This document shows, piece by piece, positions 1 to 10,300 of a DNA stretch of 64,000 nucleotides. The first letter of the stretch is position 1. Each line of letters starts with the position of its first letter. The stretch lies in the NCBI GenBank assembly GCA_000960865.2, contig JZWU02000004.1:1-64000 (forward strand), given 5' to 3'. Source of the DNA: Vulcanisaeta sp. AZ3 (lineage in GTDB: Archaea > Thermoproteota > Thermoprotei > Thermoproteales > Thermocladiaceae). Made by a program: the position numbers and the translations under genes. The notes beneath the pieces were generated by a model. That model made no database searches. It worked only from the letters and a program-made list of their open reading frames with translations, and was not told the DNA's origin.

Positions 1-249
1 TATGCCTCTTTCATCACTTGCATTCAACTCTAAAACATTCTCACGCCAAGCATCACCATACAACTCATGAGCAATAGCAAGAGCCATAGTAGTCTTACCA
101 GTACCAGGAGGACCGTAAAATAGTAAATGTGGCATGTTGCCTGTCTTTAGGAATTGTCTCACTCTATCCTTCACCTCTTCCTGGTCTATAATATCATCAA
201 TCCTAGAGGGTCTGTATTTCTCAACCCATATTAATTCGGCTATCGACAT
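1..249 (-). CDS. rfcS: Replication factor C small subunit, 5' part (runs off window edge)
   Basis: Manual translation [23 protein letters not shown]...[16 protein letters not shown]...[10 protein letters not shown]: RFC boxes WVEKYRP, Walker A, LELNASD. Confidence 0.95.
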   Translation of the reverse strand, partial: MSIAELIWVEKYRPSRIDDIIDQEEVKDRVRQFLKTGNMPHLLFYGPPGTGKTTMALAIAHELYGDAWRENVLELNASDERGI

Positions 250-336
250 GTAGGTACTAATTAAGCTAGGTAGGGAGATAAATAAAATTTCCTTTTGGTG
301 TTGAAGGAAATACGTAATACTGTATAGGGTGTTGAA

Positions 337-1029
337 TTATCTCGCGCTAGCAGCTATCCTCTCTACTTCATCTCTCTTCCTAATAGCGTAAGATTTCTGG
401 TCATTTTGGGACGCGGCAATTATTTCCTCGGCTAGGCACTCCTCTATAGGCTTTGGATTATTGAAAGAGCACTGCCTAGCGCCTTCGGTTATCCACCTAA
501 TGGCTAAGTCTACTCTTCTCAACGGCGATACGTCAACCGAGACTGGGTATGCTATACCACCATAAATAACTCTAGTGATTTCCTCTCTAGGTGCTGAATT
601 AACTATAGCATCTACAAATACTTGTATTGGGTTTTGTCCAGTCTTCAGATACATAATGTCAAAGGCTCTCTTGACTATATTATAGGCCTTGTGCTTCTTA
701 CCGGCATTCCTACCTGGGTGCATTAGTTGATTTATTAGCCTCTCAATGGCCGATATCCTGGCCTTACCAAACTTCCTCTTCTGGTACCTACCTGCCGTGT
801 GCGGCAAGTACATGGGCTTAAGACATAGGTATCTCCTGAGACCTGGGTCTTTAATCACAACGCCCTCAAAGGTCCACTTACCAAACAACATAATTGATTC
901 ACCATACAAGGTCTTTAAGTCTCTGGGGCACTCCTCAATTATCGTTATACCGCCAACCTGATAGGTCACAGTCTCCTTAGGCAATGTAATTCCTTTATCG
1001 CTCATTATGAGGACAATAAATAGGTGCAT
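337..1029 (-). CDS. rps7: 30S ribosomal protein S7 (uS7); true start probably 1005 (MSDKG)
   Basis: [48 protein letters not shown]. Confidence 0.96.
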   Translation of the reverse strand: MHLFIVLIMSDKGITLPKETVTYQVGGITIIEECPRDLKTLYGESIMLFGKWTFEGVVIKDPGLRRYLCLKPMYLPHTAGRYQKRKFGKARISAIERLINQLMHPGRNAGKKHKAYNIVKRAFDIMYLKTGQNPIQVFVDAIVNSAPREEITRVIYGGIAYPVSVDVSPLRRVDLAIRWITEGARQCSFNNPKPIEECLAEEIIAASQNDQKSYAIRKRDEVERIAASAR

Positions 1030-1137
1030 TTTTAAAGATTTGCTCGGTCCATGCTAAAGCCTGCTCATTTAAGTTTCTTAAGAGGTTATGATATAATCAA
1101 TACATCGTTTTATCCTGAGACCAGGTCGATCTTAATT

Positions 1138-2592
1138 TTAACCCTTAACCACACCCATGGGTATATGCCTCGAAACTCTCTTAGCCATCCCAGTGGCTTC
1201 AGCAACCTCAGCTACCTTATCTACGTTCTTGTAGGCTTCAGGGGCCTCTTCGCTAATTATTTCACTTTCAGCGGACCTAACGATGATGCCTCTACCCTCC
1301 AGGGCACCCCTAACCTTATTAGGCGGTAACATTCTGACAGCTGCAGACCTGCTGAGCGTCCTGCCTGCACCATGTGGTGCTGTACCGAAGGTTACCTGGA
1401 ATGATAACGGTTCACCAATCAATACATAGGATGCTGTGCCCATGCTGCCTGGTATGAGAACCGGTTGTCCACTATCTCTATATTTAGGCGGTATTTCAGG
1501 CCTACCTGCTGGGAAGGCTCTTGTAGCTCCCTTCCTATGGACCAAGACTCTCCTAATGCGTCCCTCATCATCAATCACATGATCCTCAATCTTGGCTATG
1601 TTATGGGCCACATCATATACAACCTCAAGCCCGAGCTTATCGGGATCCTTATTAAAAACCCTCCTAAAGGCCTCCCTAACCCAATGCGTTATTATCTGTC
1701 TATTCGTCCATGCATAATTCGCCGCGGCCTTCATGGCAGCTAAGTAATCCTCAGCCTCTCTAGTCTTTAGAGGCATCGCAGCTAGCTCCCTATCGGGTAG
1801 GAATAAGCCCCACTGTTTCATCTTATTCTCTGCAACCCTAATATAGTCAGTTGCGACTTGATGACCAAGACCTCTGCTGCCTGTGTGTATTAATACCATG
1901 ACCTGTCCCTCCTGTTCAATACCAAGTCTCTTGGCAAGATCAGGGTTGAATATCTTATTAACAACTTGAACCTCAATAAAGTGATTGCCACTACCGGTAG
2001 TTCCTAATTCATCCTTACCTCTCTCCTTAGCCCTCTGGCTAACTTTACTTGAGTCAGCCCCCTCATAGTGCCCAAATTCCTCAATGAAATTCTTGTCCTC
2101 CGACCAACCATAGCCTCTAGAAATAGCCCAATCAACTCCATCATCAAGGACTCTATCGAGGTCTGAGAAGGACAACCTTAGGATACCAGTTTCACCCACA
2201 CCTGCTGGGACTAGTTTAAATATCGTATCTACAAGCTCCCTAAGCTTAGGCCTTACGTCTTTTTCTGTGAGATTCGTCCTTAGGAGTCTGACTCCACAGT
2301 TTATATCGTAACCAATGCCGCCAGGGCTAACCACTCCCTCCTCCATATCCTCTGCAGCGACCCCGCCAACTGGAAATCCATAGCCTTGGTGAGCGTCAGG
2401 TAGGGCTATGCTGTATTTATAAATTCCCGGTAAGCATGCAACATTGGCTGCTTGCTCAAGCGTCATGTCAGTCTTCATCTTCTCTATTAACTCTTCATCA
2501 GCGAATATTCTAGCGGGTACCTTCATGCATGGTTTATAACTCCTCGGTATTTCCCAAACATACTTATCTATTCTCTTGAGTGGTGGAGCCAT
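1138..2592 (-). CDS. rtcB: tRNA-splicing ligase RtcB
   Basis: PDAHQGYGFPVG, GYDINCG, GSGNHF, HTGSRG, HRKGAT, PHGAGR. Confidence 0.97.
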   Translation of the reverse strand: MAPPLKRIDKYVWEIPRSYKPCMKVPARIFADEELIEKMKTDMTLEQAANVACLPGIYKYSIALPDAHQGYGFPVGGVAAEDMEEGVVSPGGIGYDINCGVRLLRTNLTEKDVRPKLRELVDTIFKLVPAGVGETGILRLSFSDLDRVLDDGVDWAISRGYGWSEDKNFIEEFGHYEGADSSKVSQRAKERGKDELGTTGSGNHFIEVQVVNKIFNPDLAKRLGIEQEGQVMVLIHTGSRGLGHQVATDYIRVAENKMKQWGLFLPDRELAAMPLKTREAEDYLAAMKAAANYAWTNRQIITHWVREAFRRVFNKDPDKLGLEVVYDVAHNIAKIEDHVIDDEGRIRRVLVHRKGATRAFPAGRPEIPPKYRDSGQPVLIPGSMGTASYVLIGEPLSFQVTFGTAPHGAGRTLSRSAAVRMLPPNKVRGALEGRGIIVRSAESEIISEEAPEAYKNVDKVAEVAEATGMAKRVSRHIPMGVVKG

Positions 2593-2685
2593 GATCCCTC
2601 TATGTATATTTAACGCTCATGAACTGCTTATAAGGGTTTATGCCTAAGCAATTTAAATTAGGGTTTTCCTTGCCCAATCACTGTT

Positions 2686-4560
2686 ATGCCAATTAATTAT
2701 AGTGCCTTAGGATTAAAGGTTGGCCTTGAGATCCATGTACAATTAAACACTGGTAGGAAGTTATTCTGTAACTGCCTGCCCATGGTTAGGAATGACGAAC
2801 CCCACTTCAAGGTTATTAGGAAGCTAAGGCCGAGTATGAGTGAACTCGGCGAGGTTGATCCAGCAGCCATGTGGGAGTTCAGAAAGCATAGGACGTTTAT
2901 ATACGAGGGTTATTATGATACGACATGCCTAGTAGAGCTTGACGAGGAGCCGCCGCATGAGCCGGACCCCGAGTCCCTAGAGGTGGCCCTTACCGTGGCT
3001 CAGATGTTTAACGCAAAAGTTTTTGATGAGGTTTATGTGATGAGGAAGACGGTGATTGATGGCTCGAATACATCAGGTTTCCAAAGGACTATGCTCATAG
3101 CTCACGATGGCTTAGCTAAGTTCTTCAATTACGAAGTTCCCATACAGACAATAGCCCTCGAGGAAGATGCAGCTAGGAAGATTGAGGAAAAGGGTGACGT
3201 AGTGATTTATAGGTTAGATAGACTTGGAATACCTCTTATCGAAATATCCACTGGAGTACTTACCTACAGCCCCCAAGAGATCATGGAGATAGCCTACTAC
3301 ATTGGGCATAGTATTAAGATGACTGGTAAAGCCAAAAGGGGTCTTGGCACAGTTAGGCAGGACATAAATGTGTCGATAGTTAATGGCGCAAAAACAGAGA
3401 TTAAGGGAGTTCCTGACTTAAGTCTCATACCCAGGGTCATTGAGTATGAAGTTCAGAGACAGCTAAACTTATTGGCGATAAGGGATGAGCTTAGGAATAG
3501 GGGTGTTAAAGAGGATTGGTTTATGAAGGATTTCATAGATGTGACAGACATATTTACACAGACAAGGTCAAGTGTGCTAAGGAGAGTGATTGATGCTGGC
3601 GGTAGGGTAATTGCAGTAAAGACGCCGGGTCTCAAGGGTGTGTTGGGTAAGGAAGTGCAGCCTGGGCGTAGGTTTGGTACTGAGTTAGCAGATAGGGTTA
3701 GAGTTTGGACAAGCCTATCTGGTTTAATCCATAGCGATGAGTTGCCTGGGTATGGCATAACGGCTGAGGAAGTCTCCAAGGTCTCCTCAAGGCTTGGCAC
3801 CGACTCATTCATACTATTAGCAGGTACCAATGAGAGAGACATCGTAGATGCTGTGGACGTAATAATGGAGAGAATTAAGGAGGCACTTCACGGAGTTCCT
3901 GAGGAGACTAGGGCAGCTAATCCAGATGGCACTACAAAGTTTATGAGGCCAAGGCCAGGCGCTGCTAGGATGTATCCAGAGACTGACCTAAGGCCTATTA
4001 GGGTCACCATAGAAATGCTTGAGAGAGCTAAGTCCTTCATACCGGAGTCAATCGAGTCTAGGTTCAATAGGTATATTAGTTATGGCATGAGCAGGGAGTT
4101 GGCTATGCAAGTAATTAAGTCCCCATATTACGACATGGTTGATTACTTAATAGAGGAGTTTAACGGAAGAATATCAGCAACTCTAATTGCTAACACTGTA
4201 GTTAATACCCTAAGATCGCTTCAGAGAGATGGGGTTGATGTGTCGGCAATTACTGAGGAACACCTAAAAGCATTATTTGAAGCCTTAGCCAATAACCTAA
4301 TAACGAAGGAGGCAATACCGGACATAATTAAAGAGTGGACTAAGGAGCCAAACGAAAACGTAAATGCTGTGGCTAAGAAACTTGGACTTATGAGGATGAG
4401 TTATGAGGAAATCAAGGCTTTCATACTTGAGAGAGTTAAAGAAACAAACATCAAAGATAAGGATAAATTATTTAAGATATTAATGAAGGACCTGAGAGGT
4501 AAGGCTGATCCAAGCGATATAACGAGAGCAATCAATGAATGCCTCCAAGGAAATAAGTAA
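2686..4560 (+). CDS. gatE: Glu-tRNA(Gln) amidotransferase subunit E
   Basis: KVGLEIHVQL, DGSNTSGFQRT, LEEDAARK, RPRPGAARMYPETD; 624 aa. Confidence 0.97.
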   Translation: MPINYSALGLKVGLEIHVQLNTGRKLFCNCLPMVRNDEPHFKVIRKLRPSMSELGEVDPAAMWEFRKHRTFIYEGYYDTTCLVELDEEPPHEPDPESLEVALTVAQMFNAKVFDEVYVMRKTVIDGSNTSGFQRTMLIAHDGLAKFFNYEVPIQTIALEEDAARKIEEKGDVVIYRLDRLGIPLIEISTGVLTYSPQEIMEIAYYIGHSIKMTGKAKRGLGTVRQDINVSIVNGAKTEIKGVPDLSLIPRVIEYEVQRQLNLLAIRDELRNRGVKEDWFMKDFIDVTDIFTQTRSSVLRRVIDAGGRVIAVKTPGLKGVLGKEVQPGRRFGTELADRVRVWTSLSGLIHSDELPGYGITAEEVSKVSSRLGTDSFILLAGTNERDIVDAVDVIMERIKEALHGVPEETRAANPDGTTKFMRPRPGAARMYPETDLRPIRVTIEMLERAKSFIPESIESRFNRYISYGMSRELAMQVIKSPYYDMVDYLIEEFNGRISATLIANTVVNTLRSLQRDGVDVSAITEEHLKALFEALANNLITKEAIPDIIKEWTKEPNENVNAVAKKLGLMRMSYEEIKAFILERVKETNIKDKDKLFKILMKDLRGKADPSDITRAINECLQGNK

Positions 4561-4569
4561 TGCAAATTT

Positions 4570-5220
4570 TTAATGAACCCAAGGGACTTGATCCCGCCTT
4601 ACTGAATTCCTCAGTATAACTATCTGATCTTGGCTAAATTTCACGGACCTATTAACGAGCTTATGATTTACCGCAAGCCTTACGTCCATAGCCTTCCCAA
4701 GCTTATCATCTAGACCCTCCTCGTGGAACTTTAGATAATGTATACTCCTTGGTTGCGTCCCTGGTCCGTAATCCTCAGGATATATTGGAGTTGCATTGAT
4801 CGTATGGCCATCAATTATGAGGGCTACAGTCCTCTCAATACCCTCATACTTAGGTAATAGATTCCTTAGTTCTTCATCATTATAAATATATATGAATAAT
4901 GTTAAGCTAATCTCATCCTTATTGGGTATTATTGGCGCATAGGTTCTTATTGCTTCGTTAAGCACGGTCTCATCATCTACACCTTCTAGGTATGTTGTCT
5001 CCTCGATTTGAAACCAAACGGTCACTGCATCCTCAATCAATGCTGTTACTCTATCATTAATCTTCACGTATCTTGGTGCTTTATAATTAGTGATGAGCGA
5101 GTAGCTTCTCTCCCTAATTCCTGAGTATTCGCTTGGTAAGTAAACCCTATTTATTATTTTGAAAATTTCATTTATTGCCATTCTTGACGCCTCAGAGTTT
5201 ACCCAGCGTCTCATCCTCAA
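4570..5220 (-). CDS. DUF3501-family protein (rubrerythrin-associated); start may be 5181
   Basis: TVWFQIEE, YAPIIP, SIHYLKF pattern; directly downstream of rubrerythrin. Confidence 0.7.
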   Translation of the reverse strand: MRMRRWVNSEASRMAINEIFKIINRVYLPSEYSGIRERSYSLITNYKAPRYVKINDRVTALIEDAVTVWFQIEETTYLEGVDDETVLNEAIRTYAPIIPNKDEISLTLFIYIYNDEELRNLLPKYEGIERTVALIIDGHTINATPIYPEDYGPGTQPRSIHYLKFHEEGLDDKLGKAMDVRLAVNHKLVNRSVKFSQDQIVILRNSVRRDQVPWVH

Positions 5221-5665
5221 TCTCTGTTTTAACGCCCTTAGTTTTATAGTACCTCTCTAAGGCCTCATTAAACCTATTTGCATGAAATCTCTCCACCTTA
5301 GCCACAGCTTCAAACCACTCAGCTACATCAAGAAATCCCTCCTCCCTAGCTACCTTAGCAAAGCCGGGGTACATCTGTGTCCACTCGTAGGTCTCGCCAT
5401 ATATTGACGCTCTCAGGGCATCCTCTAGAGTATTTATTTCAATATCAGCCACAGGATCCACGCCAAGATACATTAAGTGGCCAAAAGCATGGCCGGTTTC
5501 AGCATTGGCTGTCTTCTCTAAGATTTCGGCTATATCGTTAAAGCCCTGCTGCCTAGCAAGTCGTGCATAGTATAAATACCTCCTATTCGCCATGGCCTCG
5601 CCTTGAAAAGCTACCTTAAGGTTTTCAAAGGTTTTTGTACCCCTCGGTACTCTCTTTATACTCAC
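5192..5665 (-). CDS. rbr: Rubrerythrin/sulerythrin-type ferritin-like protein without rubredoxin domain
   Basis: AFQGEAMANRRYLYYA, ETGHAFGH, GETYEWTQMYPGFA, ERFHA diiron motifs; no C-terminal CxxC. Confidence 0.92.
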   Translation of the reverse strand: MSIKRVPRGTKTFENLKVAFQGEAMANRRYLYYARLARQQGFNDIAEILEKTANAETGHAFGHLMYLGVDPVADIEINTLEDALRASIYGETYEWTQMYPGFAKVAREEGFLDVAEWFEAVAKVERFHANRFNEALERYYKTKGVKTEIEDETLGKL

Positions 5666-5711
5666 GAAGTCTTCTATGCTTAGTTAGTTTATAAATATTT
5701 CCTCTTCGAAA

Positions 5712-6137
5712 TTATTTTGAATTAGGATTCGTGGGATCTTTTCTGCAATTACCACGGACTATTATTACCAAGTCTTTAACATCAATGCCCTTATCTCTAA
5801 GTTTATTTTCTATCCATGTTAGGTCGATATCATTAATATCAACAATATCTCCTGTGTCCTCGCAAAGTACGTTTATGTGGGGTTTCTTACTAATTTCATA
5901 CCAAGTCTTACCCATAACTTCAAAGGTTCTCACAATACCGGCCTTAGCTAAGGTATTCAATGTTACATACACCGTGGACATGCTTATACTAGGCTCTAAT
6001 CTCCTTACCTCACTTAATAATTGATCTATGCTAAAATGACCACCGTTAATTAATACCTTAAGTATTGCAATTCTCTGCGGCGTTACCTTCAATTTATTAC
6101 TCCTCAACAGGCTAATCACATAATCCTCCGTGCTCAC
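5712..6137 (-). CDS. Fur/PerR family transcriptional regulator
   Basis: LKVTPQRIAIL, ISMSTVYVTLNTL, HINVLCEDTG; upstream of rubrerythrin. Confidence 0.9.
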   Translation of the reverse strand: MSTEDYVISLLRSNKLKVTPQRIAILKVLINGGHFSIDQLLSEVRRLEPSISMSTVYVTLNTLAKAGIVRTFEVMGKTWYEISKKPHINVLCEDTGDIVDINDIDLTWIENKLRDKGIDVKDLVIIVRGNCRKDPTNPNSK

Positions 6138-6252
6138 TACTTAATTGAAAATTCTCTCGAAATAAAAGTCTTTTCTCAAAATAATTATCTTGTTAATCGA
6201 AATATATAAATTATTTATAGGTAAGTATTATTAACTTTAATTAAGTCATGGA

Positions 6253-7452
6253 ATGTTAATGACTGAGAATAGGGAGGCATACCTAGTCTACTTCAGGAGA
6301 ACTGCCTTCTCCAGGGTTAAGCGTGAGGATCCTAAGTTTGACGTATTCTACGAGATAAGCGGACCAACATTAATCTCTAAGCTCATGGTTAGGGCAGTAG
6401 AGGATCTAGGCATTAAGCCGGAAAGCATCGACCATGTTATAGTTGGTAATGCGCTCCAGGGTGGTGATAACTGGTCAATGGGTGGTAGAATACCGATTTT
6501 CCTGGCTAAGTTTCCAGTTAATATACCTGCTATGGCGGTAGATATGCAGTGTGCATCATCATTTGATGCGATTGGTATTGGAAGCATGGAGATATGGACG
6601 GGGCAAGCTGATATAGTGTTTGTGGGCGGTTATGAGCACATGTCTAGGGTACCCATGTATAACAACCCATACATATTGCCTCACATGGAGCTTGTCACGA
6701 ATCCTGATTATGCAATGTACGACATGGCTACCGGATATGTAATGGGGCTCACAGCAGAAAAGCTTGCTGCTCTTAAGGGGATTAATAGGGAGGAGATGGA
6801 TAAGTGGTCGTTGAGGAGTCACATGTTAGCTGCAAGAGCTTATGAAGAGGGTTATTTTAAAGATGAGATATTACCCATCGAGGTAGTTAAGGATGGACAG
6901 AGAATTATTGTGGATAAGGATTTGAGTGTGAGGCCAAATACATCAATGGAGGCCCTTGTAAAGTTGTCACCTGCCTTTAAACCAAGTGGTTTAATCACGG
7001 CAGGCAACTCAGCACCTCTTAACTCAGGGGCTTCGCTAGTGGTGTTGATGTCTGGGAAGAAAGTAAGGGAGCTGGGGGTTAAGCCACTGGCTCGTATCGT
7101 ATCGCTTGGCTGGGCGGCGGTAGATCCGTCAATAATGGGTGAGGGGCCAGTACCAGCTTCTAGAAAGGCGTTAGCGAAAGCTGGGCTTAGGGTTGAGGAT
7201 ATAGACTTATGGGAGATAAATGAGGCATTCGCCGTAGTTACCCTAAACGCAATCAAGGAGCTTGGTATTGATGAGAATAAGGTCAATGTCAAGGGAGGCG
7301 CAATAGCCATAGGGCATCCTTTAGGTGCCACAGGAGCTAGGCTCGTAGGCACATTAGCCAGGCAGCTGCAACTCACTGGTAAGGAGTATGGATTAGCCAC
7401 GGCTTGCGTCGGCGGTGGGCAGGGTTATGCAATAATAATACAAAGAGCTTAA
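6253..7452 (+). CDS. Acetyl-CoA C-acyltransferase (thiolase)
   Basis: MQCASS, TAGNS, EINEAFA, GHPLGATG, ACVGGGQG. Confidence 0.95.
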   Translation: MLMTENREAYLVYFRRTAFSRVKREDPKFDVFYEISGPTLISKLMVRAVEDLGIKPESIDHVIVGNALQGGDNWSMGGRIPIFLAKFPVNIPAMAVDMQCASSFDAIGIGSMEIWTGQADIVFVGGYEHMSRVPMYNNPYILPHMELVTNPDYAMYDMATGYVMGLTAEKLAALKGINREEMDKWSLRSHMLAARAYEEGYFKDEILPIEVVKDGQRIIVDKDLSVRPNTSMEALVKLSPAFKPSGLITAGNSAPLNSGASLVVLMSGKKVRELGVKPLARIVSLGWAAVDPSIMGEGPVPASRKALAKAGLRVEDIDLWEINEAFAVVTLNAIKELGIDENKVNVKGGAIAIGHPLGATGARLVGTLARQLQLTGKEYGLATACVGGGQGYAIIIQRA

Positions 7453-7550
7453 TTCATAGAGATTAATGAATTTCAATAATTAGGTCGCGCAGAATAATAA
7501 AGAGCGGGACGGCGTAAAGACTTAAATGCTCTAGGAGAAATGGTTAAGGT

Positions 7551-7629
7551 GCGGCCGTAGTCTAGCCTGGTCCAGGATGGCGGCCTTCCGAGCCGCAGAA
7601 CCCGGGTTCGAATCCCGGCGGCCGCACCA
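7551..7629 (+). tRNA. tRNA-Gly(TCC), intronless, CCA encoded
   Basis: Acceptor GCGGCCG/CGGCCGC-A-CCA; anticodon arm GCGGC-CTTCCGA-GCCGC; T arm CCGGG-TTCGAAT-CCCGG; TTAAAT box ~30 nt upstream. Confidence 0.97.
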
Positions 7630-7633
7630 TTAA

Positions 7634-7828
7634 TTACTTCCTCAATTCTCTAGGTATCTTAAGCCTTAGAATGATCTCCCTAGCCTCCTTACCATTCTTA
7701 GCCCTAGCTAATATCACGGCTTCCTCAAGGTGCATTACATATCCGCAGTATGGACATTGATGAGTTTTTGTGCTGTCCTTGACTATTGAGTAATTTCCAC
7801 ATTTCGGGCACGAAATTATCAGATACAT
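7634..7828 (-). CDS. Small Zn-ribbon protein (DUF1922-like)
   Basis: CPKCG...CPYCG, 64 aa. Confidence 0.75.
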   Translation of the reverse strand: MYLIISCPKCGNYSIVKDSTKTHQCPYCGYVMHLEEAVILARAKNGKEAREIILRLKIPRELRK

Positions 7829-7952
7829 TAAGTAACTAACATGTTTAGTACTTTTTATTACCTTCGTGAGATACGTCGCAATCTCTTGGTCCGTAAAGTT
7901 AAATCATTCTATCAGATAGGGTCCATTACTTAGATTTAATAATTTATAATAG

Positions 7953-8885
7953 TTAAAGTTCAACCCTTATCCTATACCTTGTTCTTCCCCTGACCAGTGT
8001 TAAGCTAAATACTCTGTTGCCTTCTATGAATCTCTTAGCTAGATGGACCTTCAGTTGTGCAGTGCTATTTAATTCCTCATCATCTATAGCCGTTATTACA
8101 TCGCCCTGCCTAATACCAGCATCATCTGATGGGGAACCAGGTACGACACCAGCCACCAACACTCCTTTATCCACGGACAGCCTGAAGTACTTAGCCATGG
8201 GTTTATTAACATCAACGCCGTATATGCCTAAACGGGGTCTAATGACTCTTCCAAACTTGAGTATCTCCTCAATTGATAATTTAGCTAAGTTAATTGGTAT
8301 AGCAAATCCAATGCCTTGGGCCCCAGCTATTATGGCCGTGTTTATTCCAATTACCTCACCATCTAGGTTAAGTAACGGTCCTCCTGAGTTTCCAGGATTT
8401 ATTGCGGCGTCAGTTTGTATTAAACCCTCAAGAACACCAACCGGTGTCCTAATACTCCTACTTATTGCTGAAATAACACCCAGAGTTACTGTAGGCTCAC
8501 CCAATAATCCAAGCGGGTAACCCACTGCAATTACAAGCTGCCCAACTTTAAGATTATCCGAATCACCAAGTTTAACGGGCTTTGCAGAACCAACACCGCC
8601 TCTGACCCTGACCAGGGCTGTGTCAAACTCAGGATCTGCGCCTAATAACTCACCTTCATACTCCTCTCCATCCGGGGTTACTATTATGAGCTCTGAGGCT
8701 CCTTGAACCACGTGGTTAGCAGTAACAATATGCATCTCATCGATGAAGAAGCCAGTTCCTAAACCCCTTATTGGCGTTGCATTTAACCATTCATCAACCA
8801 TTAACCTGGTCGTTATTATACTCACTACTGATGGTCTAATAGATTCAACCATGTTTACAACCTTCGACTCGATATCTCTACTCAC
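7953..8885 (-). CDS. htrA: HtrA/DegP-type serine protease with PDZ domain
   Basis: TANHVV, DTALV, QTDAAINPGNSGGPL, C-terminal PDZ; no signal peptide. Confidence 0.93.
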   Translation of the reverse strand: MSRDIESKVVNMVESIRPSVVSIITTRLMVDEWLNATPIRGLGTGFFIDEMHIVTANHVVQGASELIIVTPDGEEYEGELLGADPEFDTALVRVRGGVGSAKPVKLGDSDNLKVGQLVIAVGYPLGLLGEPTVTLGVISAISRSIRTPVGVLEGLIQTDAAINPGNSGGPLLNLDGEVIGINTAIIAGAQGIGFAIPINLAKLSIEEILKFGRVIRPRLGIYGVDVNKPMAKYFRLSVDKGVLVAGVVPGSPSDDAGIRQGDVITAIDDEELNSTAQLKVHLAKRFIEGNRVFSLTLVRGRTRYRIRVEL

Positions 8886-8934
8886 ATGAATTTAATGATG
8901 CATTAGTATATTAATATTGCGGTGATGGAGCAAT

Positions 8935-9909
8935 ATGGTTTATTTATTTAGCCGCATATTTTGTGGCAGAATGAGGAGAATTTGTGCACTATGCGGTAGG
9001 GAGACTGACATACTGATTGAGGGATTATGCCCCGATTGCTATAGGAAGACGCATCCTCTAGCTAGGGTTAAGAGAGATTATGTGGGCATTGTCAAATGCC
9101 CAAGCTGTGGGGCTATACTATACAGAGGTAGGTGGGTTAGAGATTCTAAAGCTATTGAGAAGCTAATAATTGATTCAATTGATTACTCGGGTAAAGTATC
9201 TAAGGTTTCAATTGAGAACCTTGAGTTAAGGCATGGTATGAATATCGCCACCGTTAGAATTAGAGGTACAGTCCATGAATTAATAAATGAGTATGAGGAG
9301 GAAGTACCTGTTAGGGTTAGGTATAGTGAGGAGTTCTGCCCTAGATGTAGGGATATGATTAATGAAAGGGAAAGAGCGGTCATACAGGTTAGGAGTGTTA
9401 TACTCATTGATGCCCAATTGAGGGAACTAATAATCGATATTATACGACGAGAAATTGGGAAAGATAAGGAACATAGTGGTTTTGTGAAAGTAGAGGATGC
9501 TCAGGGAGGCTTTGATGTGAAACTCTCTGACCAGGGACTTGCCAGAACTATTGCATATAAAGTGCATAAAACATTGCCTAGCAAAGTTGTTGAAAGCCAA
9601 AGTGTAGTCAGAGGTCGTGGTGATAAAGTTATCACTAAATTAAATATTAGCGTGACCATAGTTCCGATAAGTAGGGGATTTGTAATAACATATCTCAATA
9701 ATTTATATTATGTTCTTAATTACTCGCAAAGTACCGTAAAATTGTTCAATATCAGAACTAGGGAGGTTGTAAATGTAAGACTTAATGATATTATAAGGAA
9801 TGGAATTACAATACCTATGTATGAAGTAAAATGCATAGATAATAACGGAATTAGAGGGTTAGAAATCACGATAGGTAATGAGAAACACATTATAGATAAT
9901 GCCTGTTAA
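8935..9909 (+). CDS. nmd3: NMD3 family ribosome-biogenesis protein (start likely ~8971)
   Basis: Four CxxC pairs (CALC, CPDC, CPSC, CPRC), AVIQVR. Confidence 0.85.
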   Translation: MVYLFSRIFCGRMRRICALCGRETDILIEGLCPDCYRKTHPLARVKRDYVGIVKCPSCGAILYRGRWVRDSKAIEKLIIDSIDYSGKVSKVSIENLELRHGMNIATVRIRGTVHELINEYEEEVPVRVRYSEEFCPRCRDMINERERAVIQVRSVILIDAQLRELIIDIIRREIGKDKEHSGFVKVEDAQGGFDVKLSDQGLARTIAYKVHKTLPSKVVESQSVVRGRGDKVITKLNISVTIVPISRGFVITYLNNLYYVLNYSQSTVKLFNIRTREVVNVRLNDIIRNGITIPMYEVKCIDNNGIRGLEITIGNEKHIIDNAC

Positions 9910-9982
9910 TCTAATCATAGTAATAGTAATACGGATTGCAGGAAAGAACAAGTTTATAAATTCGTATTTGTCGTGATAATGA

Positions 9983-10300
9983 ATGTCTAAGGAAAATCAA
10001 CAGGGAAGTAAGGTTAGAATGCCTGGAGAAGGTGAGATGCTGGCTAAGATTGTAGAGTTAGTCGGTGATGATAGGGCCAAGGCTGTGTGCCAGGATGGTA
10101 AGGTTAGGCTTGTTAGAATACCAGGTAAGTATAGAAAGAGAATGTGGCTCAAGGTTGGTGATTATGTATTAGTTGCACCATGGGATTTTGAACCAAATAG
10201 AGCTGACTTAATCTATAAATACGAAAAAGGCGAGGTTAATGAATTGAAACAAAGCGGTTACGCTGAGGTTTTGAATCAATTAGATGAACTTGCAGGATAA
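9983..10300 (+). CDS. eif1a: Translation initiation factor aIF-1A
   Basis: RIPGKYRKRMWLKVGDYVLVAPWDF. Confidence 0.96.
   Translation: MSKENQQGSKVRMPGEGEMLAKIVELVGDDRAKAVCQDGKVRLVRIPGKYRKRMWLKVGDYVLVAPWDFEPNRADLIYKYEKGEVNELKQSGYAEVLNQLDELAG

Noticed and set aside
7551-7950. tRNA-Gly as an integration site, or intron-containing tRNA
   Set aside because: No integrase, no duplicated tRNA 3' end seen, and the cloverleaf is complete without a BHB intron
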